Positions 50,601 to 64,000 of a stretch of 64,000 nt of DNA are shown here, piece by piece. The stretch covers positions 11,227,403 through 11,291,402 of the forward strand of contig CM082587.2 of the NCBI GenBank assembly GCA_040954595.2, in the 5' to 3' direction. The stretch's first letter is position 1; every line of letters begins with the position of its first letter. The stretch is from Balanoglossus misakiensis (Eukaryota > Animalia > Hemichordata). The notes under the pieces are model-generated. The model saw only the letters and a program-made list of their open reading frames with translations. It did no database searches and was not told where the DNA came from. Made by a program: the position numbers and the translations under genes.

Positions 50601-51998
50601 GGAGTCTACAAGCATCAGTGATAGTCACCTACTGCTCATACTTCCCACATCAATAAAGCCGGATGTTCTTGAAGAGCTTCACTCTTCGAAAACTGCAGGC
50701 CACTTTGGTGTCTTCAAAACCCGTGAGAAAGTTCGCCAGCGATACTATTGGTATGGACTATCTGCCGACCTCAGATCCATGGTCCGACAGTGCGACACAT
50801 GCGCATCCCGGAAGGCGGTGGTCGCAAAAGGCGTGCGCCGATTCAGCAATATATAGTAGGTGCCCCCATGGAAAGAGTCGCGTTTGACATCCTTTGACCT
50901 CTCCCTGTTACGGAACGAAAAAGTCGTTGGATACTAGTAGTGGGAGACTATTTCACTAAATGGATCGAATGCTACCCCATTCCAAACCAAGAGGCGACAA
51001 CAGTAGCAGAACAACTGGTGGACGAGTTCATCTGCAGGTTCGGCATCCCCCGACACCTTCATTCTGATCAAGGGCGCAACTTTGAGTCAGCCGTGGTAAC
51101 CGAGACGTGCAAGCTGCTAGGTATAAACAAGACGAGAACGACCCCAAACAACCCAAAGTCCGACGGTTACATAGAGCGTTTTAACAAGACACTCGTACAG
51201 ACAGTATCAGTTTTAGTTGATCCAAGCCAAGAAGACTGGGACCTCGTCATCCCCTACGCTATGATGGCGTATAGAAGCTCAACGCAAGAAAGTACAGGTG
51301 AGACCCCGAACATGCTCATGTTGGGTCGCGAGTTACAACTGCCACTCGACTTGACACACGAACCGTTGCCGGAGCAGGCGGATATAAATACAGACTACGC
51401 ACTCAAACTTCGGGAAAGACTGCAATGTGCCCAAGAGCACGCACGAGACAAACTTCAGAAAAGTGCCATCTCCCAGAAACGTCATTACGAAGTCAATGTG
51501 CATGGCGGCCAGTTACAGCCCGGCCAATTTGTCTGGTTGAAAGTCCAGGCATTCAAGCGAGGAAAGTCGAAAAAGATCACACTCCGACAATGGGACGGTC
51601 CCTACCTCATAATCAACAAATTGGGCGAAGTTACGTTTCGCATACAACGCAGCCAATACTCCAAACCGAAAGTTGTACACTATGACAGGTTGAAACCCTA
51701 CGAGGGCACCCAAGCGACTGACTGGCGTGAGACAGTCAAAGACAAAATTGAAGGTGACCTAGGCCAACTGGAGGCGGCCACCAGTGATTGCACAAAACAA
51801 GGCCCAGCTGATAGTTACTTGACTTACGATGAAGGCGATCCTGAGGTTGGTGACCTCTCGCCTGCTACAAAATATGACGATATACATCAAGAAGACGTGC
51901 CAAAAACGTCCGTCCCACTGTCATCCCCACAGAGTCAGCGGTATCCAAGACGACAGCGTCAACCGCCAGAACGACTTGGTGGATACATATACCTGTGA
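47601..51998 (+). pseudogene. pol: Gypsy pol (PR-RT-RH-INT) with frameshifts and stops
   Basis: PR FIDCGSEITII; RT FCVDYRRLN and YLDD; RH LDTDAS and TDHSSL; INT H..GHFG..CDTC, HSDQGRNFES and WDGPY. Breaks at ~49800, 50101 and ~50830-50900, plus a short in-frame deletion in RT (YWQV|EKSAF). Confidence 0.95.
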
Positions 51999-52360
51999 GA
52001 CGACAGTGACTGCTACTACTGGTGCTAGTACTGTGTGGGACACACTTGTGCTTGCATATACCAGAATGAATTTCAATTTGATTAGTTTCCAAAAAGATAA
52101 AAAAAAAAGAAAAGAAAAAGAAATTATATATACATATCACACTCTTTCGGTGTTTCATTTGTCTGTTTGCTGTTCAAAGTCTTCAAGTACTTTCTCCAGG
52201 CCGGCTCCTATCCCGAAACAAGGTCAACTGACGTCAACTTTTCCTGTTGCCACGCGACGAACTTGTGCCAGGGTAATTAAGCTAGCAGCCACGTGTGTCT
52301 AGCTAATTGGCACGAGTCGGAGCCGAATTTTGGTGATCGAAAGGATAAAATGTTGCAGTT

Positions 52361-53297
52361 TTGGCCGCGTTTGTCACCCCTGGGTACTCTGTGGTTTTTA
52401 CCGCAGTGCGTCCACGTCCAGCAGAAGGACAACATCTCTACAGTATGCCTCGCCAAAGAAAAGCTTCAAGCATCACCACGAAACCGGTGCCGACCTTGCG
52501 AGACTACGAAATTGACGAGGAACAGCGGAGGGTGTGCACTGGTTGCCATCGAAAATTCAAGCACACCTACGAAGTCTTTCGACATGTATGCACGGCCGAC
52601 AACTTAATGCGCCAGCGAGGCAAGAAACTAAAGAAAACGGCGGGTGATAAAAAGCCCCCTGTACCGACGCTCCGTGAAGAGCATACATACATTGAAGCCG
52701 GCGGAGGATGCCATGAAGCAGGTGGGCGATGCCAAAGAGCGTCAACGGGCTGGCGACGGAAACAGCACTGCAGACGTGGGTATAACGTCTCCTTGCTGTT
52801 TAGAAGATGAAATCGGGATGGAGGGGGTCGATCCTTTGGCCGATCTGTATTCGACAGATTGCCCCCTGTTCACTGGCGAAAAAGTGGACGCCACAGGTGA
52901 ATCGCACCTGCGGAAGGAATGGCGACTCATTCCACTAGAGGGTCAGCGCCGATACGACCCAAAGTTGACAGTCCATGGCCGAATTGGTGGGCTCGTGCGG
53001 TTCCCGTCAGGGTCTCTTCTGACCCTGTCGGCCGAGGTCGTCGATCGAGTGGTAGAAACCTACTCCACTCGTTGGTTCAACGGAGACCAGCCGACGACCG
53101 AGGTGGTCACCCAGCGAGTCTACTACATGCGTGGAAACGAGTTCATCAACGGAGAGGTCGTGCCTGACCAAGGGAGAACGAGACCATGTCCAGCAAGAGC
53201 GAGAGCAGACCCGACTGAAGGTGCCCCAGGAAAACCAGCAGAGGTGAACCTGAAGACTGCCAAAAGAAAATTAGACTTTGACGGTATAGTTTATTGA
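52361..53297 (+). pseudogene. Additional ORF between pol and the 3' LTR (two overlapping frames, probably one frameshifted gene), unknown function
   Basis: ORFs 52361-52810 and 52644-53297. CTGC..F...H zinc-finger-like motif and basic patches; no evident signal peptide or TM segment. Confidence 0.5.
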
Positions 53298-54072
53298 ACT
53301 TTGAACACAGAACAGAAACGATCGCGGTGCGAACGTATTTTATGTTGGACTTAGTTTTTGGATATTGCAAGAAAACGCAAATATTCGTTAGAAACGGACT
53401 TTTGACATTTTGTGTGTGAAGTTATTGTAGTTTTGTATTTTCCTGTATGGCTGCATTAAGATTTTTGATATTCTGAAATTTTGAATTCGCTTTGACTTTG
53501 GATGGAACTTCAAAGTCCTAGTGGGGGGCTATGTGACGGAACGGTCGGTCACCATGGTGATATAACTTTTGATTGACAGAGCCGTCTACCTCCACGTGGT
53601 AGACATACATCTCTTTGATAAACTCAGCATTTGTAGGTCGAACACATTATATTCGAAATAGGTCTCGACATGCGACATTACGTCATGTTCTAGACGACAA
53701 GGACCCACATTTCGTGTCAGCTATTATTATTTTAATTACTACCAGAAACGGCGCGAAATATGCAAATCAAAAGTTGGTAGTTAGCCTAGTTTTGAGGGTT
53801 TTCAGTCAGTGTGGCCCAAGACTTCGTTGGAGACAGACCGTGTGGTAAGCAGCCCTTTTGATGTGCGCTTATACGATATCTTCGTAATAAAGTTGAACTG
53901 TTGTAGTTCTAAAAGTATTTCGTTGTATCGAGGTTGATGTTCTTGTGGACTGTGGGTCGTTAAGCCCACGGATAGTACCACTCTCTCTCATAGTGCGACA
54001 CGAACCCAATTATTCGTTAATCTGAGAGAAAAACTTAGCAGTTCTCCGATCCAGTGGGGAGCGACTGTAACA

Positions 54073-57000
54073 ATACAATCGACATGTCATATATGATCAG
54101 GGCACCAAATTCGAAGAACAAAGGTTTTTTTATTTTATTTTTCTAAAAATGACATTTTCAAGGAAAATTTGGTAAAACGCAATTTTGTCTGCAGTGAGCC
54201 AAATTGGTCGTTTTTTGTGGAATTTGTATCGATATATATATACGAAGAGCATTCTATACTCCATCAGATTTCCGAAAATGTAGAAAACAGGTATTTTTTG
54301 TAATTTTCAAAAATTTACCATTTTGACCAAATTGTGGCTAAAATTGTTATTTTCGTGTTGAATGCCGCCAGTGTCACTGCTTTTAAAAGTCATTAAAACT
54401 TTTAACATACAAGCAATTGTTTATATATGATCAGGTCACCGAATTTAAAGAATAAAGAATGTTTTCCCTAAAAATGACCTTTTTGGTGCAAAAACGAATA
54501 AAACGCAATTTTGTATTAAATCAGCTCATTCAGAGTGCATTTTTTAACAATCAGCACCATTTTTACATATAATGGAAATTTCATACATCATCAGATATCC
54601 AAATATGAAAAAATGATTTAGATTTTAGATGATTGTCCAAAATTAGCTGATATCTAATAAATGTAGTATTGAACCGTTTTGTTCCACCCCCCCCCCCCCC
54701 CTACATTATATGCGGTACGCCGATGTCAGCTTACCCGTCAGTACTGCAGGCCGTGCCCACAACTAACGTCGGTGTTTGCAGCGCCCTGGTTAAATTCGGG
54801 CTTTCTCTATAAATTGACAGGCAATAATGCAGTCCTACCCGAACAAATGTCGAGTGTTGACCCGCTGTGACTTTCCCTCTTCGGTTTGCCCGACTTAGCC
54901 AACGTCTTTGTACTAGAGTGTCGGGTCTTTTGCAGAGCCAGGCTGAAGGAAATCCGACTTGATCACCGTTGCTAACGAACGCTAGTGTCTGTCATGGTGT
55001 GCCGGGGTTTTAGTCGAGCCAGGCCGTAGGAGATCTGACTTGATCATCGTGGTCAATGTACGCGTGTTTCCGCTCTAAAGTGCCGGGGCTTCAGCTAAAC
55101 CAGGCCGTAGGAAATCCGACGTAATCACCGTTGATAACTTACGCCAGTCTGTGTCATATAGAGCCGGTGCACCAGCCGAGTCACGCCGTAGGAAATCTGA
55201 CTTGATCAACGTGGTCAATGTACGCCTGTTTCTGCTCTAGAGTGCCGGGGCTTCAGCTGAGCCAGGCCGTAGGAAACCCGACGTGATTACCGTTGTTAAC
55301 TTACGCCAGTCTGTGTCCTATATATAGTGCCGGGGCATCAGCCGTGCCAGGCCGAGGAAAATATGAGTAGATCAACGTGGTCTCTGTACGCGTGTTTCTG
55401 CTCTAGAGTGCCGGGGCTTTATCCAAGCCATGACGTAGAAAATCTGACTTGATCCCCGTTGCTAGCGTACGCTAGTGTCTGTCATATTGTGACGGAGATT
55501 TAGCCGAGCCAGGCCGTAGAAAAATCGACTTGTTCAACGTTACCAGTGTGCAACTGTTTCTGCTCTAGAGTGTCAGGGTTTTAGCCGACTGATGCTGTAG
55601 GAAATCTGAGTTGATGAACGGGAATTCAATGTTAGAAAACCTGTGTGGAAAGTATCTCTACCCGTTTGAAACTAAGAAAAGAATTTATTCTCATTTATTT
55701 TGTAAAAAAGACAATTTTTCCAAAAAAAAAAGTCGAAAATGGTAATTTTGTCTTGGGTGATTCAAATTATACCGCCTTTTCTGGAATTTGCAGCACTTTT
55801 TACAAGAGAACGACACTTCATGCTCCATAATATTTCTGAAAATGAAGAAAAGAGTTAATTTTCTAAGATTTTTTTAAAATTTACCATTTTTGCCAAAATA
55901 TGGCCAAAATGGCTATTTATTCTTGAATTCCGTCAATATCTCAGCATTTTTGGAGTGGTCGAAAATGTTAACATACAATCAACATGTCATATATGATCAG
56001 GGCATCAAATTCGAAGAACAAAGGTTTTTTATTTTTTTTTCTAAAATGACATTTTCAAGGAAAATTTGGTAAAACGCAATTTTGTCTGCAGTGAGCCAAA
56101 TTAGACGGTCTTTTGTGGAATTTGTATCGATATATACATACGAAGAGCATTCTATACTCCATCAGATTTCCGAAAATGTAGAAAACAGGTATTTTTTGTA
56201 ATTTTCAAAAATTTACCATTTTGACCAAATTGTGGCTAAAATTGTTATTTTCGTGTTGAATGCCGCCAGTGTCACTGCTTTTAAAAGTCATTAAAACTTT
56301 TAACATACAAGCAATTGTTTATATATGATCAGGTCACCGAATTTAAAGAATAAAGAATGTTTTCCCTAAAAATGACCTTTTTGGTGCAAAAACGAATAAA
56401 ACGCAATTTTGTATTAAATCAGCTCATTCAGAGTGCATTTTTTAACAATCAGCACAATTTTTACATATAATGGAAATTTCATACATCATCAGATATCCAA
56501 ATATGAAAAAATGATTTCGATTTTAGATGATTGTCCAAAATTAGCTGATATCTAATAAATGTAGTATTGAACCGTTTTGTTCCCCCCCCCCTACATTATA
56601 TGCGGTACGCCGATGTCAGCTTACCCGTCAGTACTGCAGGCCGTGCCCACAACTAACGTCGGTGTTTGCAGCGCCCTGGTTAAATTCGGGCTTTCTCTAT
56701 AAATTGACAGGCAATAATGAAGTCCTACCCGAACAAATGTCGAGTGTTGACCCGCTGTGACTTTCCCTCTTCGGTTTGCCCGACTTAGCCAACGTCTTTG
56801 TACTAGAGTGTCGGGTCTTTTGCAGAGCCAGGCCGAAGGAAATCCGACTTGATCACCGTTGCTAACGAACGCTAGTGTCTGTCATGGTGTGCCGGGGTTT
56901 TAGTCGAGCCAGGCCGTAGGAGATCTGACTTGATCATCGTGGTCAATGTACGCGTGTTTCCGCTCTAAAGTGCCGGGGCTTCAGCTAAACCAGGCCGTAG

Positions 57001-60000
57001 GAAATCCGACGTAATCACCGTTGATAACTTACGCCAGTCTGTGTCATATAGAGCCGGTGCACCAGCCGAGTCACGCCGTAGGAAATCTGACTTGATCAAC
57101 GTGGTCAATGTACGCGTGTTTCCGCTCTAAAGTGCCGGGGCTTCAGTTAAACCTGGCCGTAGGAAACCCGACGTGATTACCGTTGTTAACTTACGCCAGT
57201 CTGTGTCCTATATATAGTGCCGGGGCATCAGCCGTGCCAGGCCGAGGAAAATATGAGTAGATCAACGTGGTCTCTGTACGCGTGTTTCTGCTCTAGAGTG
57301 CCGGGGCTTTATCCAAGCCATGACGTAGAAAATCTGACTTGGTCCCCGTTGCTAGCGTACGCTAGTGTCTGTCATATTGTGACGGAGATTTAGCCGAGCC
57401 AGGCCGTAGAAAAATCGACTTGTTCAACGTTACCAGTGTGCAACTGTTTCTGCTCTAGAGTGTCAGGGTTTTAGCCGACTGATGCTGTTGGAAATCTGAG
57501 TTGATGAACGGGAATTCAATGTTAGAAAACCTGTGTGGAAAGTATCTCTACCCGTTTGAAACTAAGAAAAGAATTTATTCTTATTTATTTTGTAAAAAAG
57601 ACAATTTTTCGAAAAAAAAGTCGAAAATGGTAATTTTGTCTTGGGTGATTCAAATTATACCGCCTTTTCTGGAATTTGCAGCACTTTTTACAAGAGAACG
57701 ACACTTCATGCTCCATAATATTTCTGAAAATGAAGAAAAGAGTTAATTTTCTAAGATTTTTTTAAAATTTACCATTTTTGCCAAAATATGGCCAAAATGG
57801 CTATTTATTCTTGAATTCCGTCAATATCTCAGCATTTTTGGAGTGGTCGAAAGTTTTAACATACAATCAACATGTCATATATGATCAGGGCATCAAATTC
57901 GAAGAACAAAGGTTTTTTATTTTTTTTTCTAAAATGACATTTTCAAGGAAAATTTGGTAAAACGCAATTTTGTCTGCAGTGAGCCAAATTAGACGGTCTT
58001 TTGTGGAATTTGTATCGATATATACATACGAAGAGCATTCTATACTCCATCAGATTTCCGAAAATGTAGAAAACAGGTATTTTTTGTAATTTTCAAAAAT
58101 TTACCATTTTGACCAAATTGTGGCTAAAATTGTTATTTTCGTGTTGAATGCCGCCAGTGTCACTGCTTTTAAAAGTCATTAAAACTTTTAACATACAAGC
58201 AATTGTTTATATATGATCAGGTCACCGAATTTAAAGAATAAAGAATGTTTTCCCTAAAAATGATATTTTTGGTGCAAAAACGAATAAAACGCAATTTTGT
58301 ATTAAATCAGCTCATTCAGAGTGCATTTTTTAACAATCAGCACAATTTTTACATATAATGGAAATTTCATACATCATCAGATATCCAAATATGAAAAAAT
58401 GATTTCGATTTTAGATGATTGTCCAAAATTAGCTGATATCTAATAAATGTAGTATTGAACCGTTTTGTTCCCCCCCCCCCTACATTATATGCGGTACGCC
58501 GATGTCAGCTTACCCGTCAGTACTGCAGGCCGTGCCCACAACTAACGTCGGTGTTTGCAGCGCCCTGGTTAAATTCGGGCTTTCTCTATAAATTGACAGG
58601 CAATAATGCAGTCCTACCCGAACAAATGTCGAGTGTTGACCCGCTGTGACTTTCCCTCTTCGGTTTGCCCGACTTAGCCAACGTCTTTGTACTAGAGTGT
58701 CGGGTCTTTTGCAGAGCCAGGCCGAAGGAAATCCGACTTGATCACCGTTGCTAACGAACGCTAGTGTCTGTCATGGTGTGCCGGGGTTTTAGTCGAGCCA
58801 GGCCGTAGGAGATCTGACTTGATCATCGTGGTCAATGTACGCGTGTTTCCGCTCTAAAGTGCCGGGGCTTCAGCTAAACCAGGCCGTAGGAAATCCGACG
58901 TAATCACCGTTGATAACGTACGCCAGTCTGTGTCATATAGAGCCGGTGCACCAGCCGAGTCACGCCGTAGGAAATCTGACTTGATCAACGTGGTCAATGT
59001 ACGCCTGTTTCTGCTCTAGAGTGCCGGGGCTTCAGCTGAGCCAGGCCGTAGGAAACCCGACGTGATTACCGTTGTTAACTTACGCCAGTCTGTGTCCTAT
59101 ATATAGTGCCGGGGCATCAGCCGTGCCAGGCCGAGGAAAATATGAGTAGATCAACGCGGTCTCTGTACGCGTGTTTCTGCTCTAGAGTACCGGGGCTTTA
59201 TCCAAGCCATGACGTAGAAAATCTGACTTGATCCCCGTTGCTAACGTACGCTAGTGTCTGTCATATTGTGACGGAGATTTAGCCGAGCCAGGCCGTAGAA
59301 AAATCGACTTGTTCAACGTTACCAGTGTGCAACTGTTTCTGCTCTAGAGTGTCAGGGTTTTAGCCGACTGATGCTGTAGGAAATCTGAGTTGATGAACGG
59401 GAATTCAATGTTAGAAAACCTGTGTGGAAAGTATCTCTACCCGTTTCAAACTAAGAAAAGAATTTATTCTTATTTATTTTGTAAAAAAGACAATTTTTCG
59501 AAAAAAAAGTCGAAAATGGTAATTTTGTCTTGGGTGATTCAAATTATACCGCCTTTTCTGGAATTTGCAGCACTTTTTACAAGAGAACGACACTTCATGC
59601 TCCATAATATTTCTGAAAATGAAGAAAAGAGTTAATTTTTTAAGATTTTTTTAAAATTTACCATTTTTGCCAAAATATGGCCAAAATGGCTATTTATTCT
59701 TGAATTCCGTCAATATCTCAGCATTTTTGGAGTGGTCGAACGTTTTAACATACAATCAACATGTCATATATGATCAGGGCATCAAATTCGAAGAACAAAG
59801 GTTTTTTATTTTTTTTTCTAAAATGACATTTTCAAGGAAAATTTGGTAAAACGCAATTTTGTCTGCAGTGAGCAAAATTAGACGGTCTTTTGTGGAATTT
59901 GTATCGATATATACATACGAAGAGCATTCTATACTCCATCAGATTTCCGAAAATGTAGAAAACAGGTATTTTTCGTAATTTTCAAAAATTTACCATTTTT

Positions 60001-63000
60001 GACGAAATTGTGGCTAAAATTGTTATTTTCGTGATGAATGCCGCCAGTGTCACTGCTTTTAAAAGTCATAAAAACTTTTAACATACAAGCAATTGTTTAT
60101 ATATGATCAGGTCACCGAATTAAAAAAATAAAGAATGTTTTGCCTAAAAATGACCTTTTTGGTGCAAAAACGAATAAAACGCAATCTTGTATTAAATCAG
60201 CTCATTCAGAGTGCATTTTTTATAATCAGCACCATTTTTACATATAATGGAAATTTCATACATCATCAGATATCCAAATATGAAAAAATTATTTAGATTT
60301 TAGATGATTGTCCAAAATTAGCTGATATCTAATAAATGTAGTATTGAACCGTTCTGTTCCCCCCCCCCCTACATTACATGCGGTACGCCGATGTCAGCTT
60401 ACCCGGCAGTACTGCAGGCCGTGCCCCCAACTAACGTCGGTGTTTGAAACGCCCTGGTTTAATTCGGGCTTTCTCTATAAATTGACAGGCAATAATGCAG
60501 TCCTACCCGAACAAATGTCGAGTGTTGACCCGCTGTGACTTTCCCTCTTCGGTTTGCCCGACTTAGCCAATGTCTTTGTACGAGAGTGTCAGGTCTTTTC
60601 CAGAGCCAGGCCGAAGGAAATCCGACTTGATCACCGTTGCTAACGAACGCTAGTGTCTGTCATGGTGTGCCGGGGTTTTAGTCGAGCCAGGCCGTAGGAG
60701 ATCTGACATGATCATCGTGGTCAATGTACGCGTGTTTCCGCTCTAAAGTGCCGGGGCTTCAGTTAAACCTGGCCGTAGGAAACCCGACGTGATTACCGTT
60801 GTTAACTTACGCCAGTCTGTGTCCTATATATAGTGCCAGGGCATCAGCCGTGCCAGGCCGAAGGAAATGTGAGTAGATCAACGTGGTCACTGTACGCGTG
60901 TTTCTGCTCTAGAGTGCCAGAGCTTTAGCCAAGCCATGCCGTAGGAAATCTGACTTGATCAACGTTGCTAACGAACGCTAGTGTCTGTCATAGTGTGCCG
61001 GGGTTTTAGTCGAGCCAAGCCGTAGGAGATCAGACTTGATCAACGTAGTCTCTGTACGCGTGTTTCTGCTCTAGAGTGCCGGGGCTTTATCCAAGCCATG
61101 CCGTAGAAAATCTGACTTGATCACCGTTGCTAACGTACGATAGTGTCTGTCATATTGTGACGGAGATTTAGCCGAGCCAGGCCGTAGAAAATTCGACTTG
61201 TTCAACGTTACCAGTGTGCAACTGTTTCTGCTCTAGAGTGTCAGGGTTTTAGCCGACTTATGCTGTAGGAAATCTGAGTTGATGAACGGGAATTCAATGT
61301 TAGAAAACCCGTGTGGAAAGTATCTCTACCCGTTTGAAGCTAAGAAAAGAATTTATTCTTATTTATTTTGTAAAAAAGACAATTTTTCGAAAAAAAGTCG
61401 AAAATGGTAATTTTGTCTTGGGTGATTCAAATTATACCGCCTTTTCTAGAATTTGCAGCACTTTTTACAAGAGAACGACACTTCATGCTCCATAATATTT
61501 CCGAAAATGAAGAAAAGAGTTATTTTTTTAAGATTTTTTAAAAATTTACCATTTTTGTCAAAATATGGCCAAAATGGCTATTTTTTCTTAAATTCCGTCA
61601 ATATCTTAGCATTTTTGGAGTGGTCGAAAGTTTTAACATACAATCAAAATGTCATATATGATCAGGCACCAAATTCGAAGAACAAAGGTTTTTTATTTTT
61701 TTTTGTAAAATGACATTGTCAAGGAAAATTTGGTAAATAGCAATTTTGTCTGCAGTGAGCCAAAATTAGACGGTCATTTGTGGAATTTGTATCGATGTAT
61801 ACATACGAAGAGCATTCTATACTCCATCAGATTTCCGAAAATGTAGAAAACAGGTATTTTTTGTAATTTTCAAAAATTTACCATGTTGACCAAATTGTGG
61901 CTAAAATTGTTATTTTCGTGTTGAATGCCGCCAGTGTCACTGCTTTTAAAAGTCATAAAAACTTTTAACATACAAGCAATTGTTTATATATGATCAGGTC
62001 ACCGAATTAAAAAAATAAAGAATGTTTTGCCTAAAAATGACCTTTTTGGTGCAAAAACGAATAAAACGGAATCTTGTATTAAATCAGCTCATTCAGAGTG
62101 CATTTTTTATAATAAGCACCATTTTTACATATAATGGAAATTTCATACATCATCAGATATCCAAATATGAAAAAATGATTTAGATTTTAGATGATTGTCC
62201 AAAATTAGCTGATATCTAATAAATGTAGTATTGAACCGTTCTGTCCCCCCCCCTACATTATATGCCGTACGCCGATGTCAGCTTACCCGGCAGTACTGCA
62301 GGCCGTGCCCCCAACTAACGTCGGTGTTTGAAGCGCCCTGGTTAAATTCGGGCTTTCTCTATAAATTGACAGGCAATAATGCAGTCCTACCCGAACAAAT
62401 GTCGAGTGTTGACCCGCTGTGACTTTCCCTCTTCGGTTTGCCCGATAAACTAGGAAAACCGACGTAATCACCGTTGATAACTTTCGCCAGTCTGTGTCAT
62501 ATAGAGCCGGTGCACCAGCCGAGTCACGCCGTAGGAAATCTGACTTGATCAACGTGGTCAATGTACGCCTGTTTCTGCTCTAGAGTGCCGGGGCTTCAGC
62601 TGAGCCAGGCCGTATGAAAACCCGACGTGATTACCGTTGTTAACTTACGCCAGTCTGTGTCCTATATATAGTGCCGGGGCATCAGCCGTGCCAGGCCGAA
62701 GGAAATGTGAGTAGATCAACGTGGTCTCTGTACGCGTGTTTCTGCTCTAGAGTGCCAGGGCTTTAGCCAAGCCATGCCGTGGGAAATCTGACTTGATCAA
62801 CGTTGCTAACGAACGCTAGTGTCTGTCATAGTGTGCCGGGGTTTTAGTCGAGCCAAGCCGTAGGAGATCAGACTTGATCAACGTGGTCTCTGTACCCGTG
62901 TTTCTGCTCTAGTGTGCCGGGGCTTTATCCAAGCCATGCCGTAGAAAATCTGACTTGATCACCGTTGCTAACGTACGCTAGTGTCTGTCATATTGTGACG

Positions 63001-64000
63001 GAGATTTAGTCGAGCCAGGCCGTAGGAGATCTGACTTGATCATCGTGGTCAATGTACGCGTGTTTCCGCTCTAAAGTGCCGGGGCTTCAGCTAAACCAGG
63101 CCGTAAGAAATCCGACTATATCACCGCTGATAACTTACGCCAGTCTGTGTCCTATATATAGTGCCGGGGCATCAGCCGTGCCAGGCCGAAGGAAATGTGA
63201 GTAGATCAACGTGGTCACTGTACGCGTGTTTCTGCTCTAGAGTGCCGGGGCTTTATCCAAGCCATGCTGTAGAAAATCTGACTTGATCACCGTTGCTAAC
63301 GTACGCTAGTGTCTGTCATATTGTGACGGAGATTTAGCCGAGCTAGGCCGTAGAAAAATCGACTTGTTCAACGTTACCAGTGTGCAACTCTTTCTGCTGT
63401 AGAGTGTCAGGGTTTTAGCCGACTTATGCTGTAGGAAATCTGAGTTGATGAACGGGAATTCAATGTTAGAAAACCCGTGTGGAAAGTATCTCTACCCGTT
63501 TGAAACTAAGAAAAGAATTTATTCTTATCTATTTTGTAAAAAAAGACAATTTTTTCGAAAAAAAGTCGAAAATGGTAATTTTGTCTTGGGCGATTCAAAT
63601 TATACCGCCTTTTCTGGAATTTGCAGCACTTTTTACAAGAGAACGACACTTCATGCTCCATAATATTTCCGAAAATGAAGAAAAGGGTTAATTTTTTATT
63701 ATTTTTTTTTAAAATTTACCATTTTTTGTCAAAATATGGCCAAAATGGCTATTTTTTCTTTAATTCCGTCAATATCTCTGCATTTTTGGAGTGGTCGAAA
63801 GTTTTAACATACAATCAACATGTCATATATGATCAGGGCACCAAATTCGAAGAACAAAGGTTTTTTTAGCCAACGTCTTTGTACTAGAGTGTCGGGTCTT
63901 TTGCAGAGCCAGGCCGAAGGAAATCCGACTTGATCACCGTTGCTAACGAACGCTAGTGTCTGTCATGGTGTGCCGGGGTTTTAGTCGAGCCAAGCCGTAG
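54073..64000 (+). repeat. ~1.89-kb macrosatellite array, ~5 units, open at the window end
   Basis: The same short ORFs recur at 55890, 57778 and 59667 (period 1888-1889). Poly-C landmarks lie at ~54690, 56582, 58470, 60360 and 62245. Confidence 0.97.

Larger units (their letters stand above)
44590..54072 (+). mobile_element. Full-length Gypsy/Ty3 LTR retrotransposon (9483 bp), mutationally inactivated
   Basis: 541-bp LTRs at 44590-45130 and 53532-54072 (about 9 differences by eye); TSD atac; tRNA-Leu PBS tggtggcagcggtgggat at 45132; PPT agtggggggcta at ~53520; gag, PR-RT-RH-INT. Confidence 0.96.

Noticed and set aside
55645-63869. Recurrent short ORFs (MESISTRLK.., MPKYGQNG.., MNRSVPPP..)
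   Set aside because: They are chance frames in satellite units, with frames and stops that vary between copies and no domain motifs.

Overview
Eukaryotic, repeat-only heterochromatin-like window; the TE spectrum suggests an invertebrate animal, and no host gene is supported. A 130-bp satellite (1-1216) abuts a ~1.89-kb composite macrosatellite that forms the scaffold of the window and flips orientation at ~15.4-16.0 kb. Inserted or nested in it are: a Kolobok-type MITE; a Gmr1-like Gypsy (INT before RT) interrupted by an EnSpm/CACTA-type element; a 3-exon Crypton tyrosine-recombinase transposon and a related non-autonomous piece; a near-complete PAT/DIRS-like YR retrotransposon, which carries a TRIM-like LTR element and sits in the terminal repeat of an oppositely oriented non-autonomous sibling; decayed L1/Tx1 and Penelope copies; an unclassified TIR element; and a full-length Gypsy with an extra ORF. 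Two observations stand out. (1) All four Crypton-type terminal hairpins have cGNAg triloops and tandem GA/GA mismatches on the coding strand only, which suggests a folded-ssDNA recombination substrate. (2) The PAT-like element appears to express gag, pol and YR by alternative splicing of one phase-0 leader exon, and its sibling has the same leader-exon layout. All calls were made by eye, without database searches.
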